Positions 19,442-28,904 are shown, numbered from the stretch's first letter. The stretch: DNA of 32,000 bases from Buchnera aphidicola (Neophyllaphis podocarpi) (GCF_964059055.1 NZ_OZ060386.1:90001-122000); one strand, 5' to 3'. Notes: a model not told the origin generated them from the letters alone. Numbers and translations: made by a program.

Positions 19442-20545
19442 ATGCAAAATCCAAAAAAAGGTATTGATTTACCTCAAACTGTTTTTTCTATTATATTTAT
19501 AATTATTATGATAATTACTAGTTTTTGGATCATAAGTCCTTTTATTATTGGTTTTTCTTGGGCTAGTATGGTTGTAATATCTACTTGGCCTTTTATGTTA
19601 AAAATACAGAGTTATTTTTGGAATAGTCGTATTTTTGCTGTTATTTTTATGATTTTTATTTTATTGTTACTATTTATATTACCTTCAGTATTGCTTATTA
19701 ATAATCTTATTGATAATAGTGCACCTTTAATAAATTGGTTAACTTCTGGTAATTTGCAATTTCCTACTTTAATATGGTTACAAGATGTTCCTGTGCTAGG
19801 ACAAAAAATATATTTAAATTATCAAAAATTACTCTCTGGAGGAGGAGCTTCTTTAATTAGTAAAGTACAACCTTATATGGGTCGTACAACTGAATTTTTT
19901 ATATCTCAAATTAGTCATTTTTTTCATTTTTTTATACATTTAATATTTATGCTTGTATTTAGTTCTTTATTATACTGGAAAGGAGAAAAAGTATCTAATT
20001 TAATAAGAAATTTTGCTATCAGAGTTTCTTCTCAAAATGGAGATTCTATTGTATTATTAGCTGGTCAAGCTATCAGATCAGTTGCAGTAGGAGTAGTTGT
20101 TACTGCTTTAATTCAAGGTATTCTTAGCTGGTTAGGTTTATTATTTTCTGGAATTCCTTATGCTTCTTTATTGATGGTTTTAATTATTTTCTTCTGTTTA
20201 ATTCAAATAGGTCCTTTGTTTATTTTAACTCCAGCTGTGTTATGGCTTTATTGGCATGGAAATAATATATTTGGTACAATTTTACTTATTTGGAGTTGTA
20301 TTCTATTTTTTTTAGATCATTTTTTAAGACCTTTATTAATACGCATTGGTTCTGATTTACCTAATTTATTAATATTATCTGGTGTTATCGGAGGATTAAT
20401 TTCTTTTGGTATGATTGGTTTATTTATAGGACCTGTTATTTTATTAATTTCATATAGATTAATATTATCTTGGATATATAAAAAATCTATTTCTGATATT
20501 ATTTCAAAAAAAATAACTAATAAAATGCTAAAAAAATACAAATAA
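19442..20545 (+). CDS. ydiK: AI-2E/PerM-family inner-membrane transporter (YdiK homologue)
   Basis: Multi-pass hydrophobic protein colinear with recalled E. coli YdiK (FWIISPFIIGFSWA, LLAGQAIRSVAVGVVVTALIQ, RPLLIRIGSDLP, LSGVIGGLISFGMIGLFIGPV). The ORF track starts at GTG 19409, but ATG 19442 (MQNPKKG...) aligns better with the E. coli N-terminus. Confidence 0.85.
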   Translation: MQNPKKGIDLPQTVFSIIFIIIMIITSFWIISPFIIGFSWASMVVISTWPFMLKIQSYFWNSRIFAVIFMIFILLLLFILPSVLLINNLIDNSAPLINWLTSGNLQFPTLIWLQDVPVLGQKIYLNYQKLLSGGGASLISKVQPYMGRTTEFFISQISHFFHFFIHLIFMLVFSSLLYWKGEKVSNLIRNFAIRVSSQNGDSIVLLAGQAIRSVAVGVVVTALIQGILSWLGLLFSGIPYASLLMVLIIFFCLIQIGPLFILTPAVLWLYWHGNNIFGTILLIWSCILFFLDHFLRPLLIRIGSDLPNLLILSGVIGGLISFGMIGLFIGPVILLISYRLILSWIYKKSISDIISKKITNKMLKKYK

Positions 20546-20618
20546 TTTTATTATATAATTTTTTATAATTTTATAATTAAATTATTAATTTTAAGATTAT
20601 ACTTGCTATTTTGATTAA

Positions 20619-20658
20619 ATAATTAAATAATATAATGTCAATTATATTATTTAATTAT
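20619..20658. terminator. A/T-only hairpin (18-bp perfect arms, 4-nt loop) followed by a T-rich run; candidate ydiK terminator
   Basis: ataattaaataatataat (20619-20636), loop gtca, attatattatttaattat (20641-20658), then gattttgttttttt. It lies 74 nt after the ydiK stop. With no G-C pairs, the stability and function are uncertain. Confidence 0.35.
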
Positions 20659-20893
20659 GATTTTGTTTTTTTCTTTGAATATTTTATTGAAATGTTTATA
20701 AATAAATTTATTATTTTTAACTTTTTCAACTTATTCCCTAACTTATTACACGTCAACTTTTTTAAAAAAAATCATGTATTCTTATTTTTTAATTTATTTA
20801 TCAATTTTAATTGATAATAATTTTAATTTTTATCTGTAAATTAATTTTTTATTTTTTTAATATCTTTATTCATATAAAATCTTAGAGAAAAAC

Positions 20894-21940
20894 ATGAAAA
20901 AAACAGATGAATTACGGACTATTAGAATAGATCCATTAGTTAAACCTGCTACTTTAGCTAAAAAATATGCTATTACTTCTGAAATTATGGAAAATGTTAT
21001 AGAATCTAGAAAAAATATTGCTAAAATTATGACAGGAAAAGACAAACGTTTATTAGTAGTTATAGGTCCTTGTTCTGTTCATGATCCAATTGCTGCAGTG
21101 GAGTATGCTTGTAAATTAAATGAATTAAGAAAAAAATACAAAAATCGTTTAGAAATAATTATGCGTACTTATTTTGAGAAACCTAGAACCATTGTAGGCT
21201 GGAAAGGCTTAATTGCAGATCCTGGTTTAGATGGTAGTTTTAGAGTTAATGATGGATTATCTGTTTCTCGTAAATTATTACTTGATATTAATTCTATAGG
21301 ACTTCCTGCTGCTACAGAATTTTTAGATATGGTTATAGGTCAATTTATAGCTGATTTAATTAGCTGGGGAGCTATAGGAGCTAGAACAACTGAAAGTCAA
21401 ATTCATAGAGAAATGGCTTCTGGTTTATCTTGTCCTGTTGGTTTTAAGAATGGTACAGATGGTAATCTTAAAATTGCTATAGATGCAATATGTGCTGCAA
21501 GTGCAAAGCATTTGTTTCTTGCTCCTGATAAAGATGGTAAAATGACTATTAATCATACAAGTGGTAATCCTTTTTGTCATATTATTATGAGAGGTGGTTC
21601 TTTACCTAATTATCATTTTAAAGATATACTATCAGCTATTAATTTATTAAAAAAATTTAATTTACCCCAATATCTTATGGTAGATTTTAGTCACGGCAAT
21701 TGTTTAAAACAACATAAAAAACAACATGAAGTTGCTGAATCTGTATCCAGACAAATTTATGATGGATCTTCTGCTATTTTTGGTGTTATGATAGAAAGTT
21801 TTTTAAAAGAAGGTTCGCAGAAAATATCTAATAAAAATAATTTAGTTTATGGGCAATCAATAACTGATCCTTGTTTAGGTTGGGAAGATACTGTTTTAAT
21901 TATTTCTCAGTTAGCAACTGCTTTAAATAAGCGTTTTTAG
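20894..21940 (+). CDS. aroH: 3-deoxy-7-phosphoheptulonate (DAHP) synthase, AroH-type
   Basis: 348 aa. TDELRT, KRLLVVIGPCSVHD, MRTYFEKPRT.VGWKGLI, GAIGARTTESQIHREMASGLSCPVGFKNGTDG and SITDPCLGWEDT are colinear with recalled E. coli AroH. Confidence 0.94.
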   Translation: MKKTDELRTIRIDPLVKPATLAKKYAITSEIMENVIESRKNIAKIMTGKDKRLLVVIGPCSVHDPIAAVEYACKLNELRKKYKNRLEIIMRTYFEKPRTIVGWKGLIADPGLDGSFRVNDGLSVSRKLLLDINSIGLPAATEFLDMVIGQFIADLISWGAIGARTTESQIHREMASGLSCPVGFKNGTDGNLKIAIDAICAASAKHLFLAPDKDGKMTINHTSGNPFCHIIMRGGSLPNYHFKDILSAINLLKKFNLPQYLMVDFSHGNCLKQHKKQHEVAESVSRQIYDGSSAIFGVMIESFLKEGSQKISNKNNLVYGQSITDPCLGWEDTVLIISQLATALNKRF

Positions 21941-21948
21941 AAAATTTT

Positions 21949-21990
21949 AAGTATCAACGTTATAAAAACGTTGATACTTTTTATTTTTTA
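21949..21990 (+). terminator. rho-independent terminator after aroH
   Basis: Stem aagtatcaacgtt (21949-21961) pairs with aacgttgatactt (21967-21979): 13 bp including 4 G-C pairs, with a 5-nt loop, directly followed by a T-rich tail (tttatttttt). It starts 9 nt after the stop. Confidence 0.8.
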
Positions 21991-22153
21991 TTAATATAAT
22001 AGTTTATATTTTTATATTTAAAATATATATAAATATTAATATATAATTAATATATAATTTAAAAATTATTTAAAATTATATAAAGAATTATAAATGATGT
22101 TACTTTATATTTTGAAATCTTAATGTTAATTATAGAAAAATAAGGTATATAAC

Positions 22154-24085
22154 ATGCTTGTTATAACGCTGATAAATGGAAGAAAGTATTTTTATAACAC
22201 TCCAATAAAATTAATAGATATAGCAAAAGAAATTTTTCCTGATTTTCAAAAGATATGTCTAGCCGGTACAATTAACGGGGTTTTATGTGACTTAGATACT
22301 TATATTAAACAAAATTCCAAAGTAAGCATCATAACCTTAACAGACATTTTTAATTCTTTAAAAATTATACGTTATTCTTGTTGTAGCATACTAGGTTGTG
22401 CTATTAAACAGTTATGGCCTGATACTAAATTAGCCAAATATTCTATCACAGATAAGGGTTTTTATTATGATATAGATCATTATCATAATTTTACTATTCA
22501 TGATTTGAATATTATTCAGGATCGTATGAATAATATAATTAATGATAAATTTATTTTTATAAAAGAAATAGTTAGCTATGAAAAAGCTTTTTCTATTTTT
22601 AAATCTTTAAATGAAAATTATAAATTGCATTTACTTAAAGATTTATATTCCTCAAACAAAGATATCTGTATTCATACATTAGATAATTATATTGATATTG
22701 TCAATAATGTTATGGTACCTAATCTTAGATTTTGTAAAAATTTTATACTAGAAAAAGTATCTGGTGCATATTGGATGGGAATTAGTACTAATAAAATGCT
22801 TCAGCGTATTTATGGTACTGCTTATTCTAGTTCAAAAGAATTAAATTTATATTTAGATAGATTAAAGCAAATAAATAAAAGGGATCATAGAAAAATTTCT
22901 GCTAAATTAAATTTATTTCATATTCAAGAAAATGCTCCAGGAGTTGTATTTTGGCATCATAATGGATATTTAATATTTAAAGAATTAAAAAAATTTATTC
23001 GAGAAAAATTATCTAAATATAAATATTTAGAAGTTAAAAGCCCTTTAATTATGGACAAAGATATATGGAACAGAACCGGGCATTTAGAAAATTATAAAGA
23101 ATCAATTTATATTACCTCTACTGATAACAAAGATTATTGTATTAAACCTATGAACTGTCCAGGTCATGTACAGATTTTTAATAATAAATTGCGTACTTAT
23201 AAAGATTTACCAGTTAAGATTTCTGAGTTTGGTATTTGTCATCGTTATGAAAAATCTGGTGCTTTACATGGTTTAATGCGTTTAAGAGAATTTACACAAG
23301 ATGATGCTCATATATTTTGTACATTAAAACAAATACATACTGAAATTAATAATTGCATAGATTTATTTTATGAAATATATGACGTGTTTGGTTTTCAAAA
23401 TTTATTTTTTAAGTTTTCTACAAGACCTAAAAAAAGAATTGGTAATAATGAGATATGGGATAAAGCAGAAAAAGATTTAATAAAATCTTTAAATGAAAAA
23501 AATATACATTTTGAATTACAAGAAGGAGAAGGAGCTTTTTACGGACCTAAAATTGAATTAATTTTAACAGATTCTTTAGATCGTACTTGGCAATGTGGTA
23601 CTATACAGTTAGATTTTTTACTTCCTTCTATTTTAAGTTCTTTTTACATAGATAAATATAACAAAAAGAAAATACCTGTTATAATTCATCGTGCTATTTT
23701 AGGTTCTTTAGAAAGGTTTATTGGAATATTAATTGAAGAATATGCTGGTGCTTTTCCAGTTTGGTTAGCGCCAGTTCAAGTAGTTATTATTAATATTCAT
23801 GATAATCAATCTAATTATGTGATAAAATTAACTAATTTATTACTTTATCATGGTATTCGTGTTAAATCTGATTTACGTAAAGAGACAGTAGGATTTAAAA
23901 TTCGTGATCATGCGTCTTTTTTTGTTCCTTATATTTTAATATGTGGTAAAAAAGAATTTGAAGATAATAAAGTGACTGTTCGTTTAAGATCAGGTAAAAA
24001 TATTGGCATGTTAGGTATAGAAATTTTTATTCAAAAAATTAAAAAAGAAATTTTAGAACGTAGTTTATATAAATCGGAGGAATAA
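22154..24085 (+). CDS. thrS: threonyl-tRNA synthetase
   Basis: 643 aa, colinear with recalled E. coli ThrRS from MxVITL to the C-terminal SLxxxEE. It contains CIKPMNCPGHVQIF, FTQDDAHIFCT, GEGAFYGPKIE and IHRAILGS.ERFIGIL. Confidence 0.96.
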   Translation: MLVITLINGRKYFYNTPIKLIDIAKEIFPDFQKICLAGTINGVLCDLDTYIKQNSKVSIITLTDIFNSLKIIRYSCCSILGCAIKQLWPDTKLAKYSITDKGFYYDIDHYHNFTIHDLNIIQDRMNNIINDKFIFIKEIVSYEKAFSIFKSLNENYKLHLLKDLYSSNKDICIHTLDNYIDIVNNVMVPNLRFCKNFILEKVSGAYWMGISTNKMLQRIYGTAYSSSKELNLYLDRLKQINKRDHRKISAKLNLFHIQENAPGVVFWHHNGYLIFKELKKFIREKLSKYKYLEVKSPLIMDKDIWNRTGHLENYKESIYITSTDNKDYCIKPMNCPGHVQIFNNKLRTYKDLPVKISEFGICHRYEKSGALHGLMRLREFTQDDAHIFCTLKQIHTEINNCIDLFYEIYDVFGFQNLFFKFSTRPKKRIGNNEIWDKAEKDLIKSLNEKNIHFELQEGEGAFYGPKIELILTDSLDRTWQCGTIQLDFLLPSILSSFYIDKYNKKKIPVIIHRAILGSLERFIGILIEEYAGAFPVWLAPVQVVIINIHDNQSNYVIKLTNLLLYHGIRVKSDLRKETVGFKIRDHASFFVPYILICGKKEFEDNKVTVRLRSGKNIGMLGIEIFIQKIKKEILERSLYKSEE

Positions 24086-24091
24086 AGTATC
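24076..24091 (+). promoter_or_regulatory. infC translation-initiation region: SD GGAGG inside the thrS 3' end plus a non-canonical ATC start codon
   Basis: GGAGG at 24076-24080, the thrS stop TAA at 24083-24085, and ATC at 24089-24091, which opens the IF3 frame ([20 protein letters not shown] vs E. coli [20 protein letters not shown]). Confidence 0.75.
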
Positions 24092-24634
24092 AAATTCGGA
24101 AAAAGATTACAACTTGTACGTTCTCATCGTATAAATGGCGAAATTCGTGCTAAAAAAGTACGTTTAAATGATATTAATAATGAACAAATTGGTATAGTAT
24201 CTTTACAAGAAGCTTTAAATAAAGCATTTGATGAAGGTGTTGATTTAGTTGAAATTAGTCCTAATTCAGAACCTCCAGTTTGTCGCATGATGAATTATGG
24301 TAAATTTATTTATGAAAAAAGTAAATTATCCAAAGAACAAAAGAAAAAACAAAAAATTATACATGTGAAAGAAGTAAAATTTAGGCCTAGTACTGATGAA
24401 GGAGACTATCAGGTTAAATTACGTAATGCAAAGCGTTTTTTAAAGGATGGTGATAAAGTTAAAATTACCTTACGTTTTCGTGGTAGGGAAATGACTCACC
24501 AGCATATTGGTGTTAAATTATTGAATAGAGTTAAAAATGATTTAATTAATTTGTCTAATGTTGAATTTTTTCCTAATAAAATAGAAGGAAGGCAAATGGT
24601 TATGGTTTTATCTCCTAAAAAAAATAGAACATAA
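24089..24634 (+). CDS. infC: translation initiation factor IF-3 (ATC/AUC start)
   Basis: The ORF track begins only at ATG 24287. The same frame is open back to 24086 and encodes the IF3 N-domain ([13 protein letters not shown]...[10 protein letters not shown]...[23 protein letters not shown]). E. coli infC famously starts at AUU at the equivalent codon. Confidence 0.9.
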   Translation: MKFGKRLQLVRSHRINGEIRAKKVRLNDINNEQIGIVSLQEALNKAFDEGVDLVEISPNSEPPVCRMMNYGKFIYEKSKLSKEQKKKQKIIHVKEVKFRPSTDEGDYQVKLRNAKRFLKDGDKVKITLRFRGREMTHQHIGVKLLNRVKNDLINLSNVEFFPNKIEGRQMVMVLSPKKNRT

Positions 24635-24699
24635 TTGCTAATAATTAAATTTTAAAATTATTATTAAGTTTTTTAAAATTATATAATATGAACTGTAAA

Positions 24700-24894
24700 A
24701 TGAAAATTAAAACATTAAAAAGTGCTTATAAACGTTTTCGTAAAACTGCATCAGGTAGTTTTAAACGCAAAAAAGCTAATTTAAGACATCTTTTAACTAA
24801 AAAAACTACAAAACGTAAACGACACTTAAGATCTAAAGTCATGATTTCTAAAGGAAATATGCGCTCTGTAACACTGTCTTTACCGTATAATTGA
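24700..24894 (+). CDS. rpmI: 50S ribosomal protein L35
   Basis: [16 protein letters not shown]...[19 protein letters not shown] matches recalled E. coli L35 (MPKIKTVRGAAKRFKKT...). The upstream ATG at 24688 (the track start) would add 4 residues and is less likely. Confidence 0.9.
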   Translation: MKIKTLKSAYKRFRKTASGSFKRKKANLRHLLTKKTTKRKRHLRSKVMISKGNMRSVTLSLPYN

Positions 24895-24964
24895 TAATTA
24901 TTTTTATTCTATATTTGATTTATTTAGAATAAATTTAATACATATTTTATTAGGAGTATTCCAT

Positions 24965-25327
24965 ATGACTAGAGTTAAACGTGGAACAGTTTCTTCTGCT
25001 AGGCATAAAAAAGTTTTAAAATTAGCTAGAGGATATTATGGTGCTCGTTCCCGTGTTTATAGAGTTGCTAATCAAGCAGTAATTAAAGCAGGTCAGTATG
25101 CTTATCGTGATAGAAGACAGCGTAAACGCCAGTTTCGTCGCTTGTGGATTTCTCGTATAAATGCAGCTGTTCGTATGCATGATATTTCTTATAGTGATTT
25201 TATATATGGATTAAAAAAAATTTCTATTGATATAAATAGAAAAATGTTGTCCGAGATATCTATAATGGATAATTTTTCATTTAATTTATTGATTGAAAAA
25301 TCTAAAGAATCTTTAGTTAAAGTTTAA
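24965..25327 (+). CDS. rplT: 50S ribosomal protein L20
   Basis: MTRVKRG...[47 protein letters not shown] is nearly identical to recalled E. coli L20. An AGGAG sits 8 nt upstream. Confidence 0.97.
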   Translation: MTRVKRGTVSSARHKKVLKLARGYYGARSRVYRVANQAVIKAGQYAYRDRRQRKRQFRRLWISRINAAVRMHDISYSDFIYGLKKISIDINRKMLSEISIMDNFSFNLLIEKSKESLVKV

Positions 25328-25344
25328 TTCATTAAATATTTTTA

Positions 25345-25378
25345 GAGGGAGATATAAATAAAACTCCCTCGATTTTTT
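25345..25378 (+). terminator. rho-independent terminator after rplT
   Basis: G/C-rich stem gagggag (25345-25351) pairs with ctccctc (25364-25370) around a 12-nt loop, then gaTTTTTT (T run 25373-25378). It stands out against the AT-rich background and starts 18 nt after the rplT stop. Confidence 0.8.
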
Positions 25379-25492
25379 ATATTATTACTATTGTTTGTAT
25401 TTTATCAATTAAGTTAATCAATAAAATTAATTTTTTATTATGACTTTGTTAAATTAGTTAAATTTTTGATTTTATAGATAAAAAGGATATAC

Positions 25493-26476
25493 ATGTTTGA
25501 TATTAAAAAATTTTTATATAAATCTATAAATGATATTAATTTATCTCAAACTATCAAAGATTTAAATTTAATTAAATCTAAATATTTAGGTAAAAAGAGT
25601 TTATTTAAGCGCGAACTTTTTAAAATTAAAAGTTTAGAAAATAACTTAAAAAAAAATAAATTAGACTGTCTAAATAAATTAAAATTAAAAATTCTACAAA
25701 AAATTAATTTACATAAGAAAAAATTAGAAAAAATTTTAATTCTTGATAAGATCCTTAAAGATAAATTAGATATATCTCTTCCTGGTAGATTTGTTCAAAA
25801 TGGAGGATTGCATCCTTTAACTATAACTATTAATTATATAAAAAATTATTTTTCAAGATTGGGTTTTAAGTTTGTAGACGGTCCTGAAATAGAGGATGCT
25901 TATCATAATTTTGATGCTTTAAATATCTCTAATAGTCATCCTGCTAGAGATGCTAATGATACATTTTGGTTAAATTCTAATTTATTGCTTAGAACTCAAA
26001 CTTCAGGAGTTCAAATTAGAGAAATGAAAAAACATAATCCTCCTATTCGTATTATTTCTGTTGGTAAAGTTTATAGGAGAGATTCAGATAAAACACATAC
26101 TCCTATGTTTCACCAATTAGAAGTATTGGTTGTAGACATTGGAATTAATTTTTCTAATTTAAAATGGATTATATATAACTTTTTGTATGATTTTTTTGGT
26201 AAAGAAATAAAACTTAGGTTTAGAACTTCTTATTTTCCTTTTACTACTATTTCAGGAGAGGTAGATGTATTGAATGAATTTAATAAATGGATAGAAGTTT
26301 TAGGATGCGGTATTGTTCATCCTAAAGTTTTATCCAATGTTAATATAGACTCAAATATATATTCTGGAATTGCTTTTGGTATTGGAATAGAAAGAATTAC
26401 AATGTTACGTTACGGTATATCTGATTTAAAATATTTTTTTGAGAATGATTTACATTTTTTAACACAATTTAAATAA
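25493..26476 (+). CDS. pheS: phenylalanyl-tRNA synthetase alpha subunit
   Basis: 327 aa. [60 protein letters not shown] and the C-terminal [13 protein letters not shown] match recalled E. coli PheS, which is the same length. Confidence 0.96.
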   Translation: MFDIKKFLYKSINDINLSQTIKDLNLIKSKYLGKKSLFKRELFKIKSLENNLKKNKLDCLNKLKLKILQKINLHKKKLEKILILDKILKDKLDISLPGRFVQNGGLHPLTITINYIKNYFSRLGFKFVDGPEIEDAYHNFDALNISNSHPARDANDTFWLNSNLLLRTQTSGVQIREMKKHNPPIRIISVGKVYRRDSDKTHTPMFHQLEVLVVDIGINFSNLKWIIYNFLYDFFGKEIKLRFRTSYFPFTTISGEVDVLNEFNKWIEVLGCGIVHPKVLSNVNIDSNIYSGIAFGIGIERITMLRYGISDLKYFFENDLHFLTQFK

Positions 26477-26493
26477 ATATTAAGGTAATTTGA

Positions 26494-28899
26494 ATGAAAT
26501 TTAGTGCATCTTGGTTAAAGGAATGGTTATTTCCTAAATTTGATATATCTAATTTTCATGAAAAAATAACTAATTCAGGTTTAGAAATTGAAGATATATA
26601 TACTATATCTAATAAATTTACAAGAGTAGTAGTTGGAGAGATAGTTAATTTTAAAAATATTTGTAAAATTAATAAAATTAATGTTTTTAAAATAAGAATA
26701 AATTGCAATGATGTAATAACCGTAGTTTCTGATATTAATATTTATTGTAGAATAGGTATTAAAGTTCCTGTTGCTCTTGTCGGTAGTAATATATTTCCTA
26801 ATAATAAAATAGTTAATTTTCGTAAAATTTATGATATTGTTTCCGAAGGAATTATTTGTTCCTATAAAGAATTATGTATTTATAATACTTCAACTAATGA
26901 TATAATTGAATTAAATTCTGATGCTCCTGTTGGTTATGATATTTATAAATATTTTATGTTATATGATAAAATAGTAAAAGTTAATATTACTCCAAACAGA
27001 TCAGATTGTTTATCTATTAGAGGTTTTGCAAGAGAAATTTCTATTATTTGTGGTAAAAAATTACATAAAAAACGAAATTTATTTAATTTTAATAATAATA
27101 TAAAAGATATTTTTTCTATAAAAAATTTAGCTTTAAAGCATTGCCCTAAATATATAGGTCGTATAATTAAAAATGTTAATTTAAATCTTTCATCACCTTT
27201 TTGGATGAAAAACAAATTAAGAAATTGTGGCATAGATTCTATAGATGTTATATCAGACATTATTAATTATGTTTTATTAGAACTGGGTCAACCTGTAAAT
27301 ATTTTTAATTTAGATAAAATTACAAAAAATATATTAGTTAGATTTTCTAATAATACAGATTTTTTTTGTATAAAAAAAGATAAATCTATTAAATTACAAA
27401 ATAAATACTTAGTAGTATCAGATGATAAAGAAATTATCTCTTTGGCTGGTATAATAAATTCTAAAAAATATGATGTTAATATGTATACAAAAAATTTATT
27501 TTTAGAATCTGCTTATTTTAACCCTGATTCTGTATTATTTAGTTCTAAAAATTTAAATTTAAGCACAAATTTTTCTAATCATTTTATTGCAGGTATAGAC
27601 CCATTAATACAGCATGAGTCTATAGAATATGCTACTAGTTTAATATTAAAAATTTGTGGAGGTAATGCAGGTCCTGTTTTTAGCGATAAAAATAATATCA
27701 ATTATAGTACAAACAAAATTGTAACTTTAAGTAAAATAAAAGTAAACAAAATTATTAATAATAATATAAATAATAATGATATAAATCATATTTTAAATAA
27801 ACTAAATTATGATTTTAAATATTACAATAATCAATGGTTTGTTAGTGTACCTAGTTGGCGTTTAGATATTAATATAGAAGAAGATTTAATTGAAGATATA
27901 ATACGTATATATGGATATAATAATATACAAAAAAAACCTTTTTTATTTTTGAGTGTTAAACCTAATGAAAGTTTATTAGATGTTTTTTTAGATAAATCTA
28001 AAATTTTATTAGTAAATAAAGGTTATCACGAGATTATAAGTTATAGTTTTTTGAGTTCTAATTATAAAAAAATTTTTTATCCTAATAAAGATTTATTAGA
28101 ATTATTAAACCCTATGTCCTCCGACTTATTATTTATGAGACCATCTTTATATTGCGGATTAATTAATGCTGTTATTTATAATATAAAAAGAAATATTAAG
28201 AATATAAGATTATTTGAAAGTGGTTTATGTTTTATAAAGAATAATAATAATTCAATTAATTTTAGGCAAGAGTTATTTTTATCAGGAGTTTTAAGCGGTA
28301 AATATTATAATGACCATTGGGATATAAATAATAAAGAGGTTGATTTTTTTGATCTTAAAGGAGATGTAGAATCTATTTTAGGTTTAACTGGAAAATTAGA
28401 TTTTATTGAATTTAAAAATAATAATTTTCTTGAATCATTATTACATCCTACAAAAAGAGCTAATATATATCTAGAAAATAACCTCATTGGTTCTATAGGA
28501 GAAATACATCCTAAATTTGATAAACATTTAAATATTAATCAAAATATAGTATTATTTGAATTGTTTATAGAAAAATTATCATTTTGTCATTTAACAAAAG
28601 TTTCTAAAATTTCTATTTATCCTAGTACTAGAAGAGATATTTCTATTATTATCCCTAATAATATTCGTGTTTTTGATGTTATTAAAGAAATAAAAAATAG
28701 TTCAATAAAATATTTATCTGAGATAAATATTTTTGATGTATATTATGGTAAAGAGTTTGGAAAACAGTATAAAAGTATATCAATTAGTTTAATTCTTCAA
28801 AGTGATAAAAAAACTTTAGAAGTTAATGAGATTAATTTTATTATTAATCAATGTATAGAAATATTGTTTAATAAATTTAAAGCAAGATTAAGGAATTAA
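26494..28899 (+). CDS. pheT: phenylalanyl-tRNA synthetase beta subunit
   Basis: 801 aa. MKFS..WLKEW, ITPNRSDCLSIRGFAREI, NYVLLELGQP, SWRLDINIEEDLIEDIIRIYGYNNI, FESGLCF and YKSISISLILQ are colinear with recalled E. coli PheT (795 aa). Confidence 0.95.
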   Translation: MKFSASWLKEWLFPKFDISNFHEKITNSGLEIEDIYTISNKFTRVVVGEIVNFKNICKINKINVFKIRINCNDVITVVSDINIYCRIGIKVPVALVGSNIFPNNKIVNFRKIYDIVSEGIICSYKELCIYNTSTNDIIELNSDAPVGYDIYKYFMLYDKIVKVNITPNRSDCLSIRGFAREISIICGKKLHKKRNLFNFNNNIKDIFSIKNLALKHCPKYIGRIIKNVNLNLSSPFWMKNKLRNCGIDSIDVISDIINYVLLELGQPVNIFNLDKITKNILVRFSNNTDFFCIKKDKSIKLQNKYLVVSDDKEIISLAGIINSKKYDVNMYTKNLFLESAYFNPDSVLFSSKNLNLSTNFSNHFIAGIDPLIQHESIEYATSLILKICGGNAGPVFSDKNNINYSTNKIVTLSKIKVNKIINNNINNNDINHILNKLNYDFKYYNNQWFVSVPSWRLDINIEEDLIEDIIRIYGYNNIQKKPFLFLSVKPNESLLDVFLDKSKILLVNKGYHEIISYSFLSSNYKKIFYPNKDLLELLNPMSSDLLFMRPSLYCGLINAVIYNIKRNIKNIRLFESGLCFIKNNNNSINFRQELFLSGVLSGKYYNDHWDINNKEVDFFDLKGDVESILGLTGKLDFIEFKNNNFLESLLHPTKRANIYLENNLIGSIGEIHPKFDKHLNINQNIVLFELFIEKLSFCHLTKVSKISIYPSTRRDISIIIPNNIRVFDVIKEIKNSSIKYLSEINIFDVYYGKEFGKQYKSISISLILQSDKKTLEVNEINFIINQCIEILFNKFKARLRN

Positions 28900-28904
28900 A
28901 TTTA

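Noticed and set aside
20317-20541. 74-aa minus-strand ORF
   Set aside because: It is antisense inside ydiK, so it is a shadow ORF.
20798-20817. 9-bp inverted repeat ttatcaatt-tt-aattgataa ~80 bp upstream of aroH as a TrpR-type operator
   Set aside because: It does not resemble the TrpR operator consensus (which contains CTAG), and short A/T palindromes are expected by chance at this composition.
22035-22059. Tandem 11-mer (attaatatata x2.3) upstream of thrS
   Set aside because: It is a two-copy low-complexity AT repeat, most simply explained by replication slippage. I could not identify a thrS operator-like tRNA-mimic structure.
24287-24634. ATG at 24287 as the infC start (as in the ORF track)
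   Set aside because: It would delete the conserved IF3 N-terminal domain, which is encoded in-frame upstream. A non-AUG start at 24089 is consistent with known infC biology.
26943-27260. 105-aa minus-strand ORF
   Set aside because: It is antisense inside pheT with no recognisable motifs, so it is a shadow ORF.
28305-28487. 60-aa minus-strand ORF
   Set aside because: It is antisense inside pheT, so it is a shadow ORF.
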